Below are positions 15,970 to 21,819 of a stretch of 21,819 nucleotides of DNA, one piece after another. Position numbers and translations under genes: made by a program. Location of the stretch: assembly GCA_034717975.1 (NCBI GenBank), contig JAYEMF010000024.1:1-21819 (forward strand), read 5' to 3'. The DNA is from Campylobacterota bacterium. GTDB taxonomy: Bacteria; Campylobacterota; Campylobacteria; Campylobacterales; Sulfurimonadaceae. Within the stretch, counting starts at the first letter, position 1, and each line of letters begins with the position of its first letter. The notes below the pieces were generated by a model that saw only the letters and a list, made by a program, of their open reading frames with translations, made no database searches and was not told the DNA's origin.

Positions 15970-16425
15970 CTACCCTTCACAACCGCCGGCGGCAACTTCA
16001 GTTGACACCTTGGACATATAGACATTACCGTCAGTTCCTTCAACCAGAACCATGATAGTCCCGCTTTTACCCATTTTAATCTTCACTTCATACTTTTTTA
16101 AATCATATGCGTTTACATCAAAAACGGCTACTGCACTCTCGGGATTTGCATCTTGAAACAGAGCTATGGTTTTTGCATCAAGAGATGTTTCAAATTTTAC
16201 CGGTACCGCTCCACCACTTGAGTTAATCTTTGGTACAGTCAATTTAATTTTGTCACTTTCAATGGGTGTCTTTATACCGTATAAAGCTTTTGTTGCATCA
16301 TCAATAGTATGTGCTTCCCATACCTTTGGCTTTGATTTTCTATAGTCTTCAGCACCAAGGTTCATCGGAACTACTGAGAGTGCAATTACACTCCCAGCAA
16401 AACTTAAAAAGTTTCTCCTATCCAT
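15970..16425 (-). CDS. soxY: sulfur carrier protein SoxY
   Basis: Tat signal DRRNFL; GGAVPV, NPE, IKMGKS; C-terminal arm EVAAGGCEG; start at ATG 16425 or 16428. Confidence 0.95.
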   Translation of the reverse strand: MDRRNFLSFAGSVIALSVVPMNLGAEDYRKSKPKVWEAHTIDDATKALYGIKTPIESDKIKLTVPKINSSGGAVPVKFETSLDAKTIALFQDANPESAVAVFDVNAYDLKKYEVKIKMGKSGTIMVLVEGTDGNVYMSKVSTEVAAGGCEG

Positions 16426-16434
16426 CATATTCCT

Positions 16435-17631
16435 TTATTTAAAGTTTAATATATAGTCAACAACTTGTTTGAATTCTTCATCACCAAGTGAAGATCCACC
16501 TTTTGCAGGCATACCCATATTTGTACCCTCTAAACCATTTTTATACACTTTAGAAAGACCTTTTTCCATAAATGGAGCCCATCCGGCTTTATCACCAGCT
16601 TTTGGAGCTACACCAGATTCGTGACACATGGCACAACTGGCATCATATGCACCTTTTACATCAAAGGTAACCTTATGAGCAGGATTCTCTTCTTTGGGCG
16701 GTAAATTTCTCTCAACTGACATAGGAGGCTCAAAATCAGTGATACCTCCATCAACTCTAACAATATTATCTGTTTGTTGACAGTTTTTCATACAAGGCTC
16801 TTCGCCATGTGCCAGTCTAATTGCACCATAGTTATCTGGATTTTCATAAAATTCTCTTACATTTTCAATACCACTTGGTCCATCTATATCTGGAATAAAA
16901 CCATTTCTGTTTGGCATCTCAATTTTTAGGAATTTTTCTTTATCCAGCTTAAATGTTTCATTAACTATTTCACCATTTACTTTCATTCCATTAATATATA
17001 GCATATATGCTGTAAGTGAATATACTTCATCATCTGTTAAAGTTTTTGATTTAGTATGTGGCATTGCATCTCTTATATACCACCACATGGTACTGGCAAC
17101 CGGCCAGTATGAACCAAACATTCTTGAAGGACCTTCAGCAGTAGGATTTAGCCATCTATTGTTTTTAAGCGTTCTTTTCATGTCTTTGGCTTTACCAGTT
17201 GAAAGTGCAGGATATCCTCCACCGCCAGATCCAAAGTCTCCATGACACATCATACATTGTGCTTCATATAAAGCTTCACCCTCATCAACATAACCTGATC
17301 CTTCAGGAAGTCCTTCATTGAGTCCATTGATATCTTTATCCCAGGCTTTTAGCTCATTTGCAGTCGGAATTCTGCCGTTATTGTAGTTTACTTTTAATCC
17401 ACTTTGACCTTTAACAACATCAGAATCTTTGTACACTTGAGGGTTTACTCTATATGGACCGGTTTGTCCATCTTCAATAGGATAATATACACCGCCACTG
17501 ATATCTTTTTTTGCATTCCAAAGACCATTATATGCTTCAGAATCGATTTGTTTTGCTTGTCCTGAAGTCAACAATGCTGCAGCTGTTACAATAGAAGCTG
17601 TTAATATCTTATATTGTTCTAATTTGAACAT
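16435..17631 (-). CDS. soxD: sulfane dehydrogenase diheme cytochrome subunit SoxD
   Basis: GLPEGSG.V.EG..LY, CMMCH, GSYWP, YIRDAMP, EPCMKNC, second heme CAMCH..MPAKGG; overlaps the soxC end. Confidence 0.93.
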   Translation of the reverse strand: MFKLEQYKILTASIVTAAALLTSGQAKQIDSEAYNGLWNAKKDISGGVYYPIEDGQTGPYRVNPQVYKDSDVVKGQSGLKVNYNNGRIPTANELKAWDKDINGLNEGLPEGSGYVDEGEALYEAQCMMCHGDFGSGGGGYPALSTGKAKDMKRTLKNNRWLNPTAEGPSRMFGSYWPVASTMWWYIRDAMPHTKSKTLTDDEVYSLTAYMLYINGMKVNGEIVNETFKLDKEKFLKIEMPNRNGFIPDIDGPSGIENVREFYENPDNYGAIRLAHGEEPCMKNCQQTDNIVRVDGGITDFEPPMSVERNLPPKEENPAHKVTFDVKGAYDASCAMCHESGVAPKAGDKAGWAPFMEKGLSKVYKNGLEGTNMGMPAKGGSSLGDEEFKQVVDYILNFK

Positions 17632-18952
17632 GCTTTACCTCCCCATTTGATGTTACTTCCCAAGTTTCTACAGCATTTCTATGATATACAGATTCTACAC
17701 CCATACCTTTATTTTTATCTTTTCCATAATCCTCTTTTTTTACACCGCCACCAAATACCTCCTGGTCAACAGTAGGCTGGATAAAGCCTGCATCATCCAT
17801 AGCTCTTGAAGTAAGAAGAAGTCTTTGGCCTTTTTTATACTTGTGCATATAGCTCCATCTTGTCCAACATTTTGGAAGCACCAAGCCTTTGATATTTGCT
17901 TCAACATAGTTGTTTCCGCCATCAAATGATAAGTCAACTCTTGTAATGGTCCCCATACCAGACCATGCAAGACCTTCAATTTCTACCATATCACCATCTT
18001 TTAAATCTGTCCATGGTTTTTCAGGACTTGGAGTAACTACTGTTGAGTTTACCTCATTTGCATAGAAATGTTGCACTGCTTTTCCAGTTGGTTTTAAAGC
18101 AGTATATTTAGAAGTTTCCTCTTTTGCATACCATGGCTCAGCACCAAACTCAAGTCTTTTTAACCATTTAACACAAAGATTTCCTTCCCAACCTGGAAGT
18201 AATAATCTTACAGGATAACCTTGCTCTGGTCTTAGTGCTTCACCATTTTGGCCCCATACAAGCATAGCATCATCTAAAACTTTATCGATTGGTACACTTC
18301 TACCCATCTCCGAGTTATCACTACCTTCTGCTAACATCCATTTAGCTTCTGGCTTCAGACCAAGGTCTTCTAAGATAGTTTTGATATATACCCCGGTCCA
18401 CTCGGCACAGGCCATAAAGCCCTTGGCGAACTGAAGGGAGTTGTACTGAGGACGTCTCCACTCCTGTCCACCGTTTGCCGGACACTCGATAAAGTGTGTA
18501 CGCGTAACACGCGGGTAACGCTTCAACTGATCAAGTGTCAGTACAATCGGCTTTTCTACCAGGCCGTTGATCATCAATCTGAATTCATTCGGATCGATAT
18601 GAGCCGTACCGCCGTGACAGCGTGAGAAGAACAAACCGTTGGGCGTGATAATCCCTTCACTCTCATGAATCGGCGTTACTGCAATCGATGCCCTGTAGTT
18701 ACCGGAGGCGAGAAGCTTCGTATTTCGTCTTGTATTGTTGTGCTCGTATGCCGATGGAACACCGTAGCGGTTTTTCGTTACAGGATCACCCCACGATTGC
18801 CCCCATTTTGGATGGTGCATAATCGCATGATCATCTTCGGAGGCCATCAAACTTGTTCCGGCAAGCGCCGTCACAGAAAGAGCAGCTGTTTTTTTGAAAA
18901 AGCCTCTTCTGTCAGATACTTCTAATTCTTTTTCAGATCTATCTTTCTCCAT
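17609..18952 (-). CDS. soxC: sulfane dehydrogenase molybdoprotein SoxC
   Basis: Tat signal DRRGFFKK; GIITPNGLFF, FIECPANG (Mo-ligand Cys), QNGEALRPEQGYPVRL, VKWLKRL, EETSKYT, GLAWSG. Confidence 0.96.
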   Translation of the reverse strand: MEKDRSEKELEVSDRRGFFKKTAALSVTALAGTSLMASEDDHAIMHHPKWGQSWGDPVTKNRYGVPSAYEHNNTRRNTKLLASGNYRASIAVTPIHESEGIITPNGLFFSRCHGGTAHIDPNEFRLMINGLVEKPIVLTLDQLKRYPRVTRTHFIECPANGGQEWRRPQYNSLQFAKGFMACAEWTGVYIKTILEDLGLKPEAKWMLAEGSDNSEMGRSVPIDKVLDDAMLVWGQNGEALRPEQGYPVRLLLPGWEGNLCVKWLKRLEFGAEPWYAKEETSKYTALKPTGKAVQHFYANEVNSTVVTPSPEKPWTDLKDGDMVEIEGLAWSGMGTITRVDLSFDGGNNYVEANIKGLVLPKCWTRWSYMHKYKKGQRLLLTSRAMDDAGFIQPTVDQEVFGGGVKKEDYGKDKNKGMGVESVYHRNAVETWEVTSNGEVKHVQIRTI

Positions 18953-19112
18953 ATCTTCTCCTTAACTGTAAGTTATGACATATATAATCCACATTTATAA
19001 ATATAAAATTACCTTATATATTCGTATAAGTATACAGGAATAGAGCCCTAAAAATATGGTATTGCGGGTATTTATGCCGGCCTTGTTACAGAAGGGAACA
19101 AATGATAAATTA

Positions 19113-19135
19113 TAGTTATTTTGTGATAATAACTA
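19113..19135. promoter_or_regulatory. candidate operator palindrome upstream of soxC
   Basis: TAGTTATT-N7-AATAACTA perfect 8-bp inverted repeat; half-site recurs at 19185-19192; AT-rich context lowers significance. Confidence 0.35.
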
Positions 19136-19344
19136 ATATAATTCATACCTATTTTTAGAGTTACATTTTATTTAAATATAATATTAGTTATTGGTAGAGA
19201 TGATGTAGTTAATTTTTTTTCGTAATTCCAAGCAGAATACACTTTTGTTTCTCTCTGTCAAATAAAAATGGGATGACACATCTGTATGCACAATCATCCA
19301 TCAAAAATCGACCGTCTTCCCAGCGACATAATTGAACTTTACGG

Positions 19345-19350
19345 TAAAAT
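19345..19350 (+). promoter_or_regulatory. candidate -10 box (GG-TAAAAT) for the LRV-Mrp operon
   Basis: Matches the gnTAnAAT pattern of Campylobacterota promoters, ~85 bp upstream of ATG 19433. Confidence 0.4.
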
Positions 19351-19432
19351 CACACCATTAAACTAGTGGGTACCTCTAAAAACCCTGAATATCATCAGAG
19401 AACAAAGAAGGTGCCATAGTGTCAGGAACTGC

Positions 19433-20038
19433 ATGCCGTTACACAAGATCCAAAGTGCCATTGAAAAGAGTGATATAGAAACATTGCTGGACTTTCTGGA
19501 AGATAAAACATTGGCTATAGAGCTGGTCAAAGAGATCTATAACGCCAAACATGACCATAAAGCAGTTGTCGGACAGGTGGCGATGAACCTTTCACTTCGA
19601 ACCTCAGTGCATGACCGTCAAAAAGGCTATAGTAAAATAATGGTTGAGCTGTTGCGGAACATAGCTCTCAATCCGGTAGACATGGGAGCACGCTGGGCTG
19701 TCGCCAAAAACCCGCACACACCGGTTGATGTACTTCGCCATCTGGCAAACGATGAGATCAACCTAGTTCGTGCCCTTGTTGCCACAAACCCGTCAACTCC
19801 GTCTGAAGTCCTTGAAAAGTTTTTCGGTGACGAGAAGATCGTTCGCGATGCCCTCTCCGGCAACCCGAATACACCGGCCAAACTGCTAAAGATCCTTATC
19901 GATGACAGTGACAAAATGGTGCGTATGCGTCTGGCAGATAACAGTGCCGTCTCCAATGAACTGCTAAAGAAACTGATGAAAGACAGTGATGAAAATGTCG
20001 CTAAAGCTGCCGAGGTAAATCTGGAGAAACGTTCATGA
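19433..20038 (+). CDS. LRV/HEAT-like repeat protein
   Basis: Four ~24-aa repeats: RWAVAKNPHTPVDVL, RALVATNPSTPSEVL, RDALSGNPNTPAKLL, RMRLADNSAVSNELL; AGGA RBS. Confidence 0.87.
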   Translation: MPLHKIQSAIEKSDIETLLDFLEDKTLAIELVKEIYNAKHDHKAVVGQVAMNLSLRTSVHDRQKGYSKIMVELLRNIALNPVDMGARWAVAKNPHTPVDVLRHLANDEINLVRALVATNPSTPSEVLEKFFGDEKIVRDALSGNPNTPAKLLKILIDDSDKMVRMRLADNSAVSNELLKKLMKDSDENVAKAAEVNLEKRS

Positions 20039-20409
20039 ATAAGCGCCGCTACGAATCAGACCGCAGTAAGTTCACCGCACTTGAAAACCATTTCCTAAAC
20101 ACCTTTTTCTCCGGCCTCTACTTCTCCTCAGCCGATTTCATCAACATCAGTAAGCAAATTGATATGCCGATGCAGATGAACAGCCGTGAGATGCTTATTA
20201 AAGAGTTGCTTAACAAGAGTCATGAAGCCGGTAAACTGCAAGAGGTCATTGTCCTGCTCAACAAACTGATCGATGAGCGTGTCAGTGCCTATCACCGTCT
20301 AAGCCTAGACTACCCGGGGGCCATGCAGCCACTCGCCAAGATGGCGCAAAAAGCCAACGGTACAAAAAGCCTGCTGGCACGTGAAAGCAGAGGAAATCCA
20401 CATGAATAG
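20035..20409 (+). CDS. hypothetical protein
   Basis: 124-aa ORF, ATGA overlap with the upstream gene, GGAG RBS, overlaps the mrp start. Confidence 0.8.
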   Translation: MNKRRYESDRSKFTALENHFLNTFFSGLYFSSADFINISKQIDMPMQMNSREMLIKELLNKSHEAGKLQEVIVLLNKLIDERVSAYHRLSLDYPGAMQPLAKMAQKANGTKSLLARESRGNPHE

Positions 20410-21442
20410 CAAAGAACTGAGCGATGCCCTCGAAAAAATGTCCTACCCGGGAATTTCGCGAACCATCGGTGAACTTAAACTGCTCAGTGTCGCCAAAGTC
20501 ATTGACGGCAAAGCCAGCATCGAACTGCTTACGGTAAGCGAAGAGTCTTACCTCACGCTCAAAGAAGCGATCGAAAAAGAGTTTGGCAGCTCATTTAACG
20601 CCATTAATGTAACCAAAAAACAGCTGGTGCAAAAAGATATGAACTACGGTAATACCGCCAAACCGAACAACCGTGCTCCCTATACAAAAAATGTCATAGC
20701 TGTTACCAGCGGAAAAGGCGGGGTCGGCAAAAGTACCGTATCGGTTAATCTGGCTATTGCCCTCGCCCAGCAAGGCTTTCAGGTCGGCCTTCTCGATGCC
20801 GATGTCTACGGTCCCAATATCCCTCGCCTGACCCAGACAGATCTGGAACGCATCAAATGGAATGACGACGACAAGATCATCCCTTCCGAAAACTACGGCA
20901 TCAAGATCATGAGTGTTGCTTTGACCACACCTGCCATTGACACTCCGCTTGTCTGGCGTTCATCTGTTGCCGTCAGTGCATTAATGCAGTTTCTCGAAGA
21001 TGTAGACTGGGAAGAGTTGGATTTTATGATCATCGACATGCCCCCCGGAACGGGGGACATCCAGCTGACAATAGCACAAGAACTTCCTATTGCAGCTGCC
21101 GTGCTGGTCACAACCCCGCAAAACATATCTACCGATGATGTCAGCCGTGCCGTCATGATGTATAAAGACATCAAGGTCCCTATGGCCGGTATCGTTGAAA
21201 ATATGAGCTACTTCATCGCACCAGATACCGGTAACCGTTACGATATCTTCGGCTCGGGCGGCGGTGAAAAAATCGCTAAAAAATACAATATTCCACTGCT
21301 TGGACAGATCCCGCTGGATATGCAGATCCGGGAAGGGTCCGACCATGGCGAACCGCCTGTTGCGCTTGGGACTGATGAGCAAAAAGGGTACTATCAAACG
21401 ATTGTTGCAAATATGCTCAAGTCAATCAGCTTTAACATATAG
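20402..21442 (+). CDS. mrp: Mrp/NBP35 (ApbC) family P-loop ATPase lacking the CXXC motif
   Basis: SGKGGVGKST, LLDADVYGPNIP, IIDMPPGTGD, VTTPQ, GIVENMS; ATG 20402 after GAGGA. Confidence 0.93.
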   Translation: MNSKELSDALEKMSYPGISRTIGELKLLSVAKVIDGKASIELLTVSEESYLTLKEAIEKEFGSSFNAINVTKKQLVQKDMNYGNTAKPNNRAPYTKNVIAVTSGKGGVGKSTVSVNLAIALAQQGFQVGLLDADVYGPNIPRLTQTDLERIKWNDDDKIIPSENYGIKIMSVALTTPAIDTPLVWRSSVAVSALMQFLEDVDWEELDFMIIDMPPGTGDIQLTIAQELPIAAAVLVTTPQNISTDDVSRAVMMYKDIKVPMAGIVENMSYFIAPDTGNRYDIFGSGGGEKIAKKYNIPLLGQIPLDMQIREGSDHGEPPVALGTDEQKGYYQTIVANMLKSISFNI

Positions 21443-21475
21443 ATGGGTAGAGTTCTGAGTGGTGCGACTTGCCGC

Positions 21476-21609
21476 GGGGACATTGGTTGAGTTTTCTAGT
21501 TCTCGAGCTTGCGAAGACAATTGAAAACTCAAACTGTGTCCCCATGACGTCCATACAGTCACTGTGCTGAAGAGATCAGCTCAAACGGCAACAGCAAAGC
21601 TGTTTGTCC
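21476..21609. repeat. long imperfect hairpin plus satellite hairpins downstream of mrp
   Basis: GGGGACA/TGTCCCC and TTGAGTTTTC/GAAAACTCAA arms (21476-21543); GCTGA/TCAGC (21566-21580); AACAGC-AAA-GCTGTT (21590-21604). Confidence 0.55.
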
Positions 21610-21819
21610 AAACAATAGTTTAAAAGAATAAAATTATTGGTAAAGTCAGTTTAATTAATATGTAATGAACAGTTATGAAGTTTTGATTTAGAAGTAAATC
21701 CGACAACTAGGATATCTCACAAGGAATTATCCCAAAGGATGATTTCTTATGAGTAAAGTAAAATAGATAAAGAGCGAAGCGAGTCAATGCCGCCATTGTA
21801 AAGTCAGTATAGTTAATAT

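Noticed and set aside
21749..21819. Mini-ORF MSKVK and an attC-like GAGCGAAGCGAG motif at the window end
   Set aside because: Five codons only; no matching RYYYAAC/GTTRRRY pair and the context is truncated
1..21819. CRISPR array, tRNA, rRNA, transposase or integrase
   Set aside because: No regularly spaced direct repeats, RNA gene signatures or recombinase motifs seen by eye

Overview
Gene-dense bacterial window, most likely from a sulfur-oxidising Campylobacterota (Sulfurimonas/Sulfurovum-like; inferred from gene content and promoter style, not from a database search). Left: moaC, a DUF493/YbeD-like gene and a helical hypothetical protein (+). Then a tightly coupled minus-strand operon (11207->2211): exported tandem rhodanese, Tat-exported type II DMSO-reductase-family molybdoenzyme (alpha, NarH-like beta, heme b/heme c fusion gamma), small exported Cys protein, TorD/DmsD chaperone, polyferredoxin and Sel1 protein. 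Next come a MOSC protein and a hypothetical, then a visibly AT-rich block (~12600-19250) with soxW, soxF/fccB, a DUF302 lipoprotein and soxCDYZ. The window ends with an LRV-repeat / hypothetical / cysteine-free Mrp operon (+). Main leads: the rhodanese-linked molybdoenzyme of unknown substrate, the CX5R loop of the rhodanese, a GC-rich patch inside soxC, the Cys-free Mrp and several hairpin-rich intergenic elements. No rRNA, tRNA, CRISPR array or transposase was seen. All family calls are from motif recognition by eye.
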